From Candidatus Deferrimicrobiaceae bacterium (lineage in GTDB: Bacteria; Desulfobacterota; Deferrimicrobia; Deferrimicrobiales; Deferrimicrobiaceae), in contig CAWBVY010000010.1 in NCBI GenBank assembly GCA_963792415.1, positions 1 to 64,000 of the forward strand: DNA of 64,000 bases. Direction: 5' to 3'. The notes under the pieces were generated by a model. That model saw only the letters and a list, made by a program, of their open reading frames with translations. It had not been told where the DNA came from and searched no databases. Position numbers and translations under genes: made by a program. Positions within the stretch are counted from its first letter, which is position 1, and every line of letters starts with the position of its first letter. Shown here piece by piece: positions 19,669 to 29,000 of this stretch.

Positions 19669-21167
19669 TGGCCGATCCCTCCCAGGATGCTGCCGCTGAC
19701 CGAAACGGCCAGACGATGGAAATGGAAAAACAGGTCGGGATCCAGTCCCAGCAGGAGGGAGAGAAGCGCCGTGATCAGGAGCGGGACGACCATGGCGTAC
19801 GACGCCTCTCCACGCTCGTAGGGAACCGCGGCGGGTTTCAGGAAGGCGCGGAAGATGACGGGCGCGAAATATCCCGCGTTGAGAAGCCCGCTCAGCACCA
19901 GAACGGCCAGCGGCAGCAGCTCGCCGGCCTGCAGGGACCCGAGGCCGAGCTGCCACTTGCTGATGAATCCGTTGATCGGCGGAACGCCCGCCAGGCCGAC
20001 GGCCGCCAGCGTGAAGGCGCCCATGGTCCAGGGCATGACCCTGCCGATGCCGTCCAGGTCGCTGATCTTCTCCTTGTGGTGCCTGACGTAGATGGCGCCG
20101 GCGCAGAAGAACATCGTGATCTTCATCGTGGCGTGGTTGGCGATGTGCAGCAACCCGCCGACGAGCGACGCGGGGGAGAGCAGGGCCGCCCCCAGGACGA
20201 TATAGGAGAGGTGCCCCACGGTGGAGTAGGCAAGGCGGTGCTTGAGATTGTCCTGCCGGTAGGCCAGCAGGGAAGCCAGGAGGATGGTCGCGCCCGCCAC
20301 GGTCGCCAGAAAGAGATTCAGGCCGAATTGACGCATCAGCGCCGGCCCGAAGACGAACCCGACGACCCGCACGACCCCGAACACGCCGGACTTTACCACC
20401 GCCACGGCGTGCAGCAGGGCGCTGACCGGGGTGGGGGCGACCATCGCCGCGGGAAGCCAGCTGTGCAGCGGCATGACGGCGGCCTTCACCCCGACCCCGG
20501 CGAGAAACAGGAGAAACAGCGCCGTGATCGCGCCCGGGGGGAAGGAGGCGTCCCCGAACAGGCCGCCGGGCCGGAAGTCCAGCGTGCCCGCGATCCGGTA
20601 GGTCCAGGCGGTGGCGGCGATCAGCAGGACGCCCGCCGTGAGGGTGTAGACGAGATACTTCCGGCCCGCCGAGACGGCGATCTTCGTTTCCTTGTGGATC
20701 ACCAGCGGATAGGTGGCGATGGTCAGGATTTCATAGAAGAAGACGAAGGTGAGCAGGTTGGCCGCGAAGGCGACGCCGATCGTGGCGGAAAGGCAGACGG
20801 CGAAACAGGCGAAGTAGCGGGTCTGCTTGCGCTCCTTGAGCCCGCGCACATACCCGATGGAATAGACGGAGGTGAGGATCCACAGGCCGGAGGCGATCAA
20901 CGCGAAAAAAACCCCGAACGCGTCCGCCTTCAACGCCAGGGTGATTCCGGGCGATATCTCCCAGAAGGTGAACCCGGCGATCCGTCCGGCCAGTGCGCCG
21001 GGCAACAGGAGACAAACGAGGGAGAACTTCACGACGCTCGCCGCGAGCGTCCAGAATTCCCGCAGGACGGCGTGGCGGGAACTGAGCAGGATCAGCGGCA
21101 TCGCGATCAGCGAAACCATCACGGCGTAAAAAGGGAGGGTGGAACTGTAGATTTCCGGGGGTGTCAT
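19665..21167 (-). CDS. Mrp/Mnh antiporter subunit D-like protein (second paralog)
   Basis: FFYEILT, GVKAAVMPLHSWLP, PTPVSALLHAVAVVK, FISKW. Confidence 0.9.
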   Translation of the reverse strand: MTPPEIYSSTLPFYAVMVSLIAMPLILLSSRHAVLREFWTLAASVVKFSLVCLLLPGALAGRIAGFTFWEISPGITLALKADAFGVFFALIASGLWILTSVYSIGYVRGLKERKQTRYFACFAVCLSATIGVAFAANLLTFVFFYEILTIATYPLVIHKETKIAVSAGRKYLVYTLTAGVLLIAATAWTYRIAGTLDFRPGGLFGDASFPPGAITALFLLFLAGVGVKAAVMPLHSWLPAAMVAPTPVSALLHAVAVVKSGVFGVVRVVGFVFGPALMRQFGLNLFLATVAGATILLASLLAYRQDNLKHRLAYSTVGHLSYIVLGAALLSPASLVGGLLHIANHATMKITMFFCAGAIYVRHHKEKISDLDGIGRVMPWTMGAFTLAAVGLAGVPPINGFISKWQLGLGSLQAGELLPLAVLVLSGLLNAGYFAPVIFRAFLKPAAVPYERGEASYAMVVPLLITALLSLLLGLDPDLFFHFHRLAVSVSGSILGGIGQ

Positions 21168-21180
21168 CGCCTGATATCCA

Positions 21181-22695
21181 TCACATCCCCAACGGGATGA
21201 TCCGCTGGATAACCTCCCTGACGATATTCGCGTTCCACAACCCGATCAGAAGCAGGGAGAAGGAAACGACGACCACCGGTATCATGAGGGTATATTCCTC
21301 CTCGCCGACCAGGGAGCCCCCCCCCTGCCCCGCTTCCGCGCGCGGGTCCTCCCCCGTCTTCCGCCCCGGCGGCGGGAGGAGATACGCCCTCTCGAGGATC
21401 CGGAAGAAGTAGACGGCATTCAGCAGGCTGCTGACGAGAATGACCGCCAGGAAAACCCAGTTCCCCCGGTCGATGGCGCCCAGGGCCAGATACCACTTGC
21501 TGAAAAACCCGGCCGTCGGGGGAAGGCCGATCATGGAAAGGGCGGCGACGGTGAAGGCGGCCATGCTCCAGGGCAATCTCTTCCGCAGGGAGGCGTCGAG
21601 CCCCGAGATGTCCGATCGACCCGTAAGCCTCCTCAGGTTCGCGGCGACGAGGAACAGCGCCCCCTTCATGAAGGCGTGGTTCAGGATGTGGAGCACCGCG
21701 CCGATGTACCCGAGGGGATTCGCCAGCCCGATTCCCAGGCCGATATAGCCGATCTGGGCGATGCTGCTGTAGGCCAGCATCCGCTTCATCTCGTCCTGGG
21801 CCATCGCCATCACCGATCCGTAGAGGATGCCGATGGCGGACAGCCACGCGATCACGTCGGTGATCGGCAAGGACCGGCTGACGAATTCGACGCCGAAGAC
21901 GAAAAACAGGATGCGAATCAACACGTAGGCGGCGATCTTCGTCCCGATGGGGGCGACCAGCGACGAGGAGGTCGAAGGGGCGTGGGTATAGGCGTCCGGC
22001 AGCCAGCCGTGGAGGGGGAAGACGGCCATCTTGATTCCCATGCCGATGACGATCAGCGACAGGCCGGCGACCACGGCGGGGTTTCCCTGGACATGGGGAA
22101 GGATGCTTCGCACGTCCGCCATGTTCAGGGAACCGGTGACGATGTAGAGAAAACCGATCCCCAGCAGATAGAACGATCCCCCCACCACTCCCATGATCAG
22201 ATAGCGGAAGGAAGCGACCGCCGCCTTCTTCTCGCCGATGCCGATCAGCCCGTAGGCCGCCAGGGAGAAGATTTCCAGGAACACGTAGAGGTTGAACAGG
22301 TCGCCCGTGGCGATGATCCCGTTCGCGCCGCAGAGAAACAGCAGGGTCAGGGCGTGGTAGGGAACCGATTTTCCCGGGATTTCCCTCTCCTGTATTCCGC
22401 CCGAATGCCAGAGGACAAAGAAGGCGATGACATTGACCACCAGCGCGACGAACGAGGAGAGGGGATCCAGCACGTATTCGATCCCGATCGGGGGGAACCA
22501 CCCGCCGAAATGGTAGGTGAGCGGACCGTTCCTCCAGACGCGGAGAACGTTATAAGCGGAGACGAGAACGGCGCCGAAGGAGGCGACCATCATCACGGGA
22601 TAGGCCACCGTTGTTTTCCGGATCGCCAGGACGGGAATGACGATCGCGGCGGCCAGCAGCAGCAAGGGGACCAGCGCGGGCGAGTTCAGCGGCAT
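21181..22695 (-). CDS. mrpD: Mrp/Mnh antiporter subunit D
   Basis: GGWFPPIGIE, DLFNLYVFLEI, IKMAVFPLHGWLPDAY, FFSKWY; ATG overlaps the mrpC stop (TGATG). Confidence 0.9.
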   Translation of the reverse strand: MPLNSPALVPLLLLAAAIVIPVLAIRKTTVAYPVMMVASFGAVLVSAYNVLRVWRNGPLTYHFGGWFPPIGIEYVLDPLSSFVALVVNVIAFFVLWHSGGIQEREIPGKSVPYHALTLLFLCGANGIIATGDLFNLYVFLEIFSLAAYGLIGIGEKKAAVASFRYLIMGVVGGSFYLLGIGFLYIVTGSLNMADVRSILPHVQGNPAVVAGLSLIVIGMGIKMAVFPLHGWLPDAYTHAPSTSSSLVAPIGTKIAAYVLIRILFFVFGVEFVSRSLPITDVIAWLSAIGILYGSVMAMAQDEMKRMLAYSSIAQIGYIGLGIGLANPLGYIGAVLHILNHAFMKGALFLVAANLRRLTGRSDISGLDASLRKRLPWSMAAFTVAALSMIGLPPTAGFFSKWYLALGAIDRGNWVFLAVILVSSLLNAVYFFRILERAYLLPPPGRKTGEDPRAEAGQGGGSLVGEEEYTLMIPVVVVSFSLLLIGLWNANIVREVIQRIIPLGM

Positions 22696-23069
22696 CACGA
22701 TGACTTCATGTGGTCCATCAGGATCTTTTCGTCCAGTGTCTTGTAATGACGGTGGATGAGAATCGCCAGGGAGAACGCGACCCCGCTGGTCGCCACGCCC
22801 ACCACGATGGCGGTCAGCATCAGGCAGTGCTGCAGCGGGCTGATGTACTTCGCCGCGTCGGCGACTCCCGTCACGGGATCCATCACGGGAACCGTCGCCG
22901 ACCCCTTCACGGCGCTGGCCACGTAGAACATGATGATGGAAACCTGGAAGATGGTCATCCCGACCAGCTTCTTCACCAGGTTGTTTTTGAAAATCATTCC
23001 GTAAAGGCCGATCATCAGGAGGGCGAGGATGCTCCAATAGATGTAGTGGCCGAAAATGAAATCAGTCAT
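22695..23069 (-). CDS. mrpC: Mrp antiporter subunit C
   Basis: NLVKKLVG, PLQHCLMLTAIVVGVA motif. Confidence 0.88.
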   Translation of the reverse strand: MTDFIFGHYIYWSILALLMIGLYGMIFKNNLVKKLVGMTIFQVSIIMFYVASAVKGSATVPVMDPVTGVADAAKYISPLQHCLMLTAIVVGVATSGVAFSLAILIHRHYKTLDEKILMDHMKSS

Positions 23070-23502
23070 TGGGATACCCTTCCAGCAGATCGTCGTAGAT
23101 GGCGACCAGGATGGCCATCACGGCCAGGCCGACGCCGATTTCCACCATCAGGATGCCCAGGGAACGAAGCCCGGCTCCGGTGACTCCGGCGAAGGGGAGG
23201 AAACCGTAGTCGAGGAATTCCCCCCCCGAAATCATGGCGAGAAAGCCGGTACCGAAGTAGACGAGGACGCCGATCGACCCCAACGGCGTTCCCAGAACCC
23301 TCTTGAATTGAAGCTGGGCGATGTCGAAACCGGCGGCCAGGCGAATCAGCAGCAGGGCCGCGGCCAGGAGCGTGCCGCCCTGGAAGCCCCCCCCGGGGCT
23401 GTAATGGCCGTGAAAGACGACGTAGAGGCCAAAAAGCATTATGAAGGGGGACACCACGCCGCTTACCGTCAAGATGATCGGATTGAATTTATATTTACGC
23501 AT
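23062..23502 (-). CDS. mrpB: Mrp antiporter subunit B (MnhB domain)
   Basis: HGHYSPGGGFQGG signature. Confidence 0.9.
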   Translation of the reverse strand: MRKYKFNPIILTVSGVVSPFIMLFGLYVVFHGHYSPGGGFQGGTLLAAALLLIRLAAGFDIAQLQFKRVLGTPLGSIGVLVYFGTGFLAMISGGEFLDYGFLPFAGVTGAGLRSLGILMVEIGVGLAVMAILVAIYDDLLEGYPND

Positions 23503-23833
23503 CCTTGCCCGCTTTCAGCGCTTTTTTCCCGTCACGATCCTTTCCCTTCTTCCGTAGTAACAGGAAACAGATCAGCCCGGCCGTCATGATCACGGTTTCC
23601 TCGCCGAGGGTGTCGTATCCCCGGTAATCCGCCAGGATGACCGTGACCATGTTCGGGGTTTCCGCGTCCCGGTAAGCGTTGCGGATGTAGTAGGACGACG
23701 CCCCCGGGGAACCTGCCGGGCTTTTCTCCCGGAACATGACGGCACCCGCGTCGCCGCGGTTGGGCAATCCCGCGGAGGCATGGATCAGCAAGGCGCCAAA
23801 GGACAGGAACAGAAGCCAGTTGACGATCTTCAA
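23495..23833 (-). CDS. MrpB/MbhE-related small subunit
   Basis: PNMVTVILADYRGYDTLGE signature. Confidence 0.85.
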   Translation of the reverse strand: MKIVNWLLFLSFGALLIHASAGLPNRGDAGAVMFREKSPAGSPGASSYYIRNAYRDAETPNMVTVILADYRGYDTLGEETVIMTAGLICFLLLRKKGKDRDGKKALKAGKDA

Positions 23834-24075
23834 TCTCCGCTACTCCTCGAGGTTTGAAAAATCAGGACCACGAAAAAGATCCCGGTGACTCCCGCGCCCA
23901 CGACGGCCTCCGTGAAACCGACGTCGATCGCGCCCATGACGGTGTAGATCAGGGCGGAGATGAAGCTGAAGGCGCTCAGGGTGACGACGGCGGCAAGGAG
24001 GTCCTTGACGGAAAGGGAAATCAGGGCGGCGATGATCAGGAAGACGAAGAAGAGCGCCTCGATTTCCCAGTACAT
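23830..24075 (-). CDS. DUF4040/MbhD-like small Mrp subunit
   Basis: KDLLAAV...A.DVGFTEAVVGAG signature. Confidence 0.85.
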   Translation of the reverse strand: MYWEIEALFFVFLIIAALISLSVKDLLAAVVTLSAFSFISALIYTVMGAIDVGFTEAVVGAGVTGIFFVVLIFQTSRSSGD

Positions 24076-24078
24076 GGC

Positions 24079-24396
24079 CTACTTCACCTTCCCCGCGCCC
24101 TTCCGGAACCAGGGCTTGAGCCCGCTGCGGAGCGCCGCGTTGGCAAGGGCATGGGTGCCCGTGGGATTCGTGAGGAAGACGAAGACGAGGACAAAGAAGA
24201 GCTTGGCGCTGTTGAGGGTGAAGCCCTCGATCAGGATCAACCCGAGGATCACGAGCATGACGCCGAGCGTGTCGCTTTTCCCGGTGGCGTGATTCCGGCA
24301 GTAGAAGTCGGGGAGCCGCACCAGCCCCATGCTGCCCACCAGCAGGAAAAAAGCGCCTCCGATCAACGCCGTCACGCCCAGGAGGTGCCCGATCAT
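24079..24396 (-). CDS. mrpG: Mrp antiporter subunit G
   Basis: GLVRLPDFY.R.HA.GK.DTLG, NPTGTHAL. Confidence 0.9.
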   Translation of the reverse strand: MIGHLLGVTALIGGAFFLLVGSMGLVRLPDFYCRNHATGKSDTLGVMLVILGLILIEGFTLNSAKLFFVLVFVFLTNPTGTHALANAALRSGLKPWFRKGAGKVK

Positions 24397-24662
24397 TCCT
24401 TCCCTCCCTCGGTTCCGAGAAATTTCGCGATGGCGATGGTGCCGATGAAATTGAGGACGGCGTAGGCCAGGGTGATGTCGACGAACATGTCGAATCTCCT
24501 GAACACCAGGCCGATCACGAGGATGAGCACCATCGTCTTGGTGCCGACCGCCCCGGCGCCGAGCATCCGGTCGAAGACCGTGGGACCCTGGACGACCCGG
24601 TACAGGGGGATGAAGATGATGACGGTCAATACGACGGTGTAGTAGAGAAAGAATCTATGCAT
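24393..24662 (-). CDS. mrpF: Mrp antiporter subunit F
   Basis: YRVVQGPTVFDR, DI.L.YA.LNFIGTIAIAKF. Confidence 0.9.
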   Translation of the reverse strand: MHRFFLYYTVVLTVIIFIPLYRVVQGPTVFDRMLGAGAVGTKTMVLILVIGLVFRRFDMFVDITLAYAVLNFIGTIAIAKFLGTEGGKE

Positions 24663-25218
24663 CAAAACCGGCTTCGGTCTTGATCACTCGAACATCCCTG
24701 ACGACCTGTCCCGGGCTCCTTTCGTAAAGTTTCGCCACCTCCCCCGGCAAGGTTCCGTCGATGATGCCCGAGCTGGAAACGTCCATCAGGGAGTGGACCA
24801 GGAACTCCTCCCGCTCGATTTCCAGGGTGATGGTTCCCGGAGTCAGCGTGATGGAATTCCCGAGGATCACTTTCGAGCTCGTGTTGCCGAGCCTCGTCTT
24901 GAAACGGACCACGGCGGGATCGATGGGACATTTCGGGTGCAGGACGGCGTACGCCACCTGGAGGCTGGCGATGACGATCTGCCAGAGCAGCCAGGGGACG
25001 TAGTAGGCGACCCTCGCGAGGTTGAGTTTCAGCGTGGGGGAATGTTCCCCCAGGGCGAAAAGATGCTTTCTCATGGGGCGATGGATGAGCAACACGAGGA
25101 TTACGGAGAAAACGCCGAAAGAAACGTGCATGAGATCGTAATGGCCGCTCATGATCAGCCAGAAGCCCATCAGCAGAACGGCTTGAAGGATCGTGTTTCG
25201 CAAAAATGTTCCGTTCAA
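24655..25218 (-). CDS. mrpE: Mrp antiporter subunit E
   Basis: LGNSITLTPGTIT...LVHSL signature. Confidence 0.9.
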   Translation of the reverse strand: MNGTFLRNTILQAVLLMGFWLIMSGHYDLMHVSFGVFSVILVLLIHRPMRKHLFALGEHSPTLKLNLARVAYYVPWLLWQIVIASLQVAYAVLHPKCPIDPAVVRFKTRLGNTSSKVILGNSITLTPGTITLEIEREEFLVHSLMDVSSSGIIDGTLPGEVAKLYERSPGQVVRDVRVIKTEAGFDA

Positions 25219-25340
25219 TGGACTACCCCTGACAAGTCCTTTGCGATTTCCGGCGTGAATGGATTGGCGTTTGCCCCTTGGAATTCGATTGCCCCATTAT
25301 ATGCAACTTTGTTCCGCTTTGAAGCGCAATCCCCTGTCCG

Positions 25341-26144
25341 TCATGCGCACCATCTGCTGCGCACGCCCGTCAGGTGGTTGGCGGGAGCGTGGCCGCTTCC
25401 GATCGCGGGCCCGCTCCGGATCGCCTCGGTGATGTATTCCTTGGCGCGCTTGATGGCTTCGAGCGGACCGACCCCCCTGGCGAGCCCGGCCGCGATGGCG
25501 GAGGCGAACGTGCAGCCGGTGCCCTGGGTGTTCCTGGATTCGAGCCGGGGGGAAGCCAGGAGGATCGGTTCCCTCCCGTCGCAGACCACGTCGATCGCCC
25601 GGGTATCGACCTCCAGGCTCCCTCCCTTGACGACCACCCATCGGCACCCGAACTTCTTCAGTTCCCGCGCCGCGTCCCGCATGGCGTCGAGATCCTCGAT
25701 CCTGCGCTCCAGGAGCGCTTCGGCCTCGAAGACGTTGGGAGTGATGACCGTGGCCAGCGGCAGCAGCGCGTCGCGGATCGCGCGGCGGGCATCCTCCGCC
25801 AGGAGGGGGTCGCCGCTCTTGGCGACCATCACCGGGTCGACGACCAGGTTAGGGACGCGGAAGGTCCGGACCGCTTCCGCCACCGTCCGGACGATCTCCG
25901 CGTTGGACAGCATCCCCGTCTTGGCGGCATCGGCCCCGATGTCGGTCATGACGCTTTCGATCTGCTTCCGGACGAACCCGGGGGGAACCTCGAAGATCCC
26001 CTGCACGCCGACCGTGTTCTGGGCGGTGAGGGCGGTGATGGCGGACATCCCGTGGACGCCGAAGGCCATGAACGTCTTCAGGTCCGCCTGGATGCCGGCG
26101 CCTCCCCCGCTGTCGGAACCGGCGATGGTAAGCGCCCTCTTCAT
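25341..26144 (-). CDS. thiD: Hydroxymethylpyrimidine/phosphomethylpyrimidine kinase
   Basis: LTIAGSDSGGGAGIQADLKT, DPVM, TPN, GTGCTFAS. Confidence 0.95.
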   Translation of the reverse strand: MKRALTIAGSDSGGGAGIQADLKTFMAFGVHGMSAITALTAQNTVGVQGIFEVPPGFVRKQIESVMTDIGADAAKTGMLSNAEIVRTVAEAVRTFRVPNLVVDPVMVAKSGDPLLAEDARRAIRDALLPLATVITPNVFEAEALLERRIEDLDAMRDAARELKKFGCRWVVVKGGSLEVDTRAIDVVCDGREPILLASPRLESRNTQGTGCTFASAIAAGLARGVGPLEAIKRAKEYITEAIRSGPAIGSGHAPANHLTGVRSRWCA

Positions 26145-26160
26145 TCCCCTTCCCCTCCCT

Positions 26161-27198
26161 TCATCCCCGCGTCGTCCGGAAATGGTCCCAGCCGGCCGGG
26201 GTCAGCGGTCTTTTCACCCCGCGGGAGTCCACCAGGCAGTACCCTTCCTCCCGCTTCACGATCCTCCCGATTTCCGTGACCGGAATCCCCGAACGGCCGG
26301 GGAGGGACCGGATCCGCCTCGCCGATACCCCGGGGGGAACGGTGAAGAGCAGCTCGTAATCCTCCCCGCTGTGCAAGGCGAGCTCCAGGACCGACGTGCC
26401 GGATTTCCGCGCGATCTCCCCGATATGTTCCGGCAGCGGCAGGGAATCCTCGCGGATTTCCGCCCCCACCCCGCTCCGGGTGCAGACGTGGTGCAGGTCG
26501 CCGGCCACTCCATCGCTCACGTCGATCATGGCGGAGGCGACGCCCGCCCGGGAGATCCGCCGCCCCAGTTCCACCCGGGGGACCGGCAGGACGTGGCGGT
26601 TCACCATCTCCCTGAATTTTCCGGGGACCTTCTTCCCGAACGCCTCCAGCGCCTGGAGACCCGCGCCGGAGGCCCCCAGGAACCCGGTCACGAAGATGCG
26701 GTCGCCGACCCGAGCCCCGCCGCGGGTCAGCACGCGGGAAAGATCGGCCTCGCCCAGCAGGGTGACGTCCACGATCAGACGCTCTTCCGTCCGGGCCAGG
26801 TTCCCCCCGATGATATAGGCCCGGTGGGGGAGCAGTTCATCCCGCATCCCCTCGATCAGGCGGTCGCAGCTTTCCACGGGAAACTCCGCGGGGAGTCCCA
26901 GCGAAACCAGCGCGTACGTCGGCTTTCCCCCCATGGAGGCAATGTCGCTGAGATTCACCGCCATGGCGCGGCGGCCCACCCGGTAGGGGGTTGTCCGGTC
27001 GAGCCGGAAGTGGCGGCCTTCCACCTGGATGTCGCAGGTCAGCAGCAGCGCCCTCCGCCCGTCCAGCCGGACCACCGCGGTGTCGTCGCCGATGTCGACC
27101 AGGAGATCCCTGTTCCGGGACGCGGGGAGGATCTTCCGGATCCGGTCGATCAGGGGGAACTCCCCGATCTCCCCCACGCTTTTCCGAGGTTTTCCCAA
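26161..27198 (-). CDS. thiL: Thiamine-monophosphate kinase
   Basis: GEF.LI, IGDDTAV, NLSDIASMGG, DVSDG, GEDYELLFT, GWDHF. Confidence 0.95.
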   Translation of the reverse strand: MGKPRKSVGEIGEFPLIDRIRKILPASRNRDLLVDIGDDTAVVRLDGRRALLLTCDIQVEGRHFRLDRTTPYRVGRRAMAVNLSDIASMGGKPTYALVSLGLPAEFPVESCDRLIEGMRDELLPHRAYIIGGNLARTEERLIVDVTLLGEADLSRVLTRGGARVGDRIFVTGFLGASGAGLQALEAFGKKVPGKFREMVNRHVLPVPRVELGRRISRAGVASAMIDVSDGVAGDLHHVCTRSGVGAEIREDSLPLPEHIGEIARKSGTSVLELALHSGEDYELLFTVPPGVSARRIRSLPGRSGIPVTEIGRIVKREEGYCLVDSRGVKRPLTPAGWDHFRTTRG

Positions 27199-27213
27199 CG
27201 TCCGCGGTCCTCC

Positions 27214-27876
27214 CTACTCCATCTTCCAGCTCATGTCGAAGAACAGGTATTCGTGGCGGGCGCTCGATTCGTACAGCCGGTGCCACTGCTCCTTCCGTTC
27301 CGCGGTGGCGCCGGCGGCAAGCTCGTTCATCCTGCCGATGAGCCAGTCGGCGAATTCCCGGAATTCCGCGGAGGAGTAGGTGTCGATCCAGTCCCGGTAA
27401 AACCGGTCCTCCGGAAGCCCCCCCGATTCGAGCCTCTTCCCGATCTCGACGTACCCGCAGGCGCACGGCAGCAGCACCGCCAGGATGTCGGGCAACCCGC
27501 CCTCGTACGCGGTCCGCACCAGCAGGTCGGTGTAGGCCGACGTGACCGGGGCTTTCACGGTCATCGCCAGCTCCCGCTCCGCGATCCCGAAGGCGGCGCA
27601 CGTTTTCCGGTGGAGCTCCATCTCCGTGTTCAGCGTGACGTGCAGCAGGGAGGCGAAGGCTCCCATGTCCGGCAGCGTCGGGGATTTCGCGCAGGCCAGC
27701 GCGAAGACCCTGCTGAAATCGATCAGGTACACGTAATCCTGCTTGAGATAGAACTCGAACCGGTCCCGCGACAGGGTGCCGTCCCCGATCCCTTTCACGA
27801 AGGGGTGATCGAAAATCGCCTCCCACAAGGGATCGTTCTTTTCCCGCATCTCCCGGTAGAACGTGTCGTTCTCCAT
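27214..27876 (-). CDS. tenA: Thiaminase II / TenA
   Basis: HPFV.GIGDGTL, FYLKQDY.YL, LLPC..GY, WIDTYSS. Confidence 0.9.
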   Translation of the reverse strand: MENDTFYREMREKNDPLWEAIFDHPFVKGIGDGTLSRDRFEFYLKQDYVYLIDFSRVFALACAKSPTLPDMGAFASLLHVTLNTEMELHRKTCAAFGIAERELAMTVKAPVTSAYTDLLVRTAYEGGLPDILAVLLPCACGYVEIGKRLESGGLPEDRFYRDWIDTYSSAEFREFADWLIGRMNELAAGATAERKEQWHRLYESSARHEYLFFDMSWKME

Positions 27877-27916
27877 GGGCGTCCCCCCGTGTCGGCGTCG
27901 CGAAAAGCGGCGGCCC

Positions 27917-28402
27917 CTACGAGCGCATGTTGACGAACTGCATCTCCACGCCGAGGTCCTTCCCCTTCAGCAGCTGGATGACCGCCTGGAGGTCGTCGAT
28001 GTTCTTCCCGGTCACCCGGACCTGCTCGTCCTGGATCTGGGACTGGACCTTGAGCTTCGTCTGCTTCACGAGCGCGACGATCTCGCGCCCCTTCTCCTTC
28101 GAGATCCCCTGCTGGATGGAGATCAGCTGGCGCACGAGCCCCCCGGAGGCGGGCTCCACCTTCCCGTACTGGAGGGCCTTGAGGGAGACCCCGCGCTTCA
28201 CGAACTTCGACTGGAGCACGTCGACGACCGCCTTCAGCCGGAAGTCGTCGTCGGTCAGCACCTTGATGCTGTCCTTGTCCAGCGTGATCTCCGTTTTCGT
28301 CCCCTTGAAGTCGTACCGCTGGCCGATCTCCTTGATCGCCTGGTTGACCGCGTTGTCGACTTCCTGCATGTCCACGACCGACACGACGTCGAACGATGGC
28401 AT
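27917..28402 (-). CDS. yajQ: YajQ family nucleotide-binding protein
   Basis: [30 protein letters not shown]. Confidence 0.93.
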   Translation of the reverse strand: MPSFDVVSVVDMQEVDNAVNQAIKEIGQRYDFKGTKTEITLDKDSIKVLTDDDFRLKAVVDVLQSKFVKRGVSLKALQYGKVEPASGGLVRQLISIQQGISKEKGREIVALVKQTKLKVQSQIQDEQVRVTGKNIDDLQAVIQLLKGKDLGVEMQFVNMRS

Positions 28403-28493
28403 CCTCTTCCCTCCTCCTTTTTCCCATCCCTTGTTCCCGGCGTTTCCTTGAAAACGGGAAGAAGGTATCATCGTACCAGATGGGCAGAAAGAG

Positions 28494-28787
28494 GTGCGCG
28501 TGGAGATCGGCGAGATCAGGAAACGGATCGACCTGCTGGACGACGTCCTGCTCCGCATCTTCAACGAGCGGGCGCGGCTGGCCCTCGAGATCGGGCGATG
28601 GAAAAAGGAAGAGGGGCTTCCGGTCTACGACCCGGCCCGGGAGAAGCGGATCTTCGCGCGGATGAAGGGGGACAACCCCGGGCCGCTGGACGACGGCGCC
28701 ATCCTCCGGCTGTTCGAGCGGGTCGTGGACGAGTCGCGGCGGCTGGAGCGGATCAGGTCCGAGGGGGAAGGGCCGGAGAAATGCTGA
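28494..28787 (+). CDS. Chorismate mutase (AroQ type)
   Basis: R.RID.LD..LL...NERA....EIG..K...P.YDP.RE motif. Confidence 0.88.
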   Translation: MRVEIGEIRKRIDLLDDVLLRIFNERARLALEIGRWKKEEGLPVYDPAREKRIFARMKGDNPGPLDDGAILRLFERVVDESRRLERIRSEGEGPEKC

Positions 28788-28990
28788 TCATCACGAAGAG
28801 GAACGCGCCCGAGGAGGCGCTGGACGCCGTGAAGGAGTACCTGATCCTTCACGGGTTCGACATCCACCAGTCGACGGGGGCCAACCGGACCATCATCGGC
28901 GTCATCGGCGACACGGACGCGCTGGACGCGCGGGAGATCGAGGCGATGCCCGGCGTGAGCCAGGTGGTCCGGATCCGGAAGGACGACTGA
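28781..28990 (+). CDS. Stand-alone DAHP synthase ferredoxin-like/ACT-like regulatory domain
   Basis: [14 protein letters not shown]...HQSTGANRTIIGVIGD...MPGVSQVVRI (69 aa) aligns by eye to the N-terminus of the DAHP synthase at 59669. Confidence 0.75.
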   Translation: MLIITKRNAPEEALDAVKEYLILHGFDIHQSTGANRTIIGVIGDTDALDAREIEAMPGVSQVVRIRKDD

Positions 28991-29000
28991 GCCGGGCGGG

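Noticed and set aside
27877-27916. Expected TPP riboswitch upstream of tenA-thiL-thiD
   Set aside because: The gap after yajQ is only 40 bp and has no CTGAGA core.
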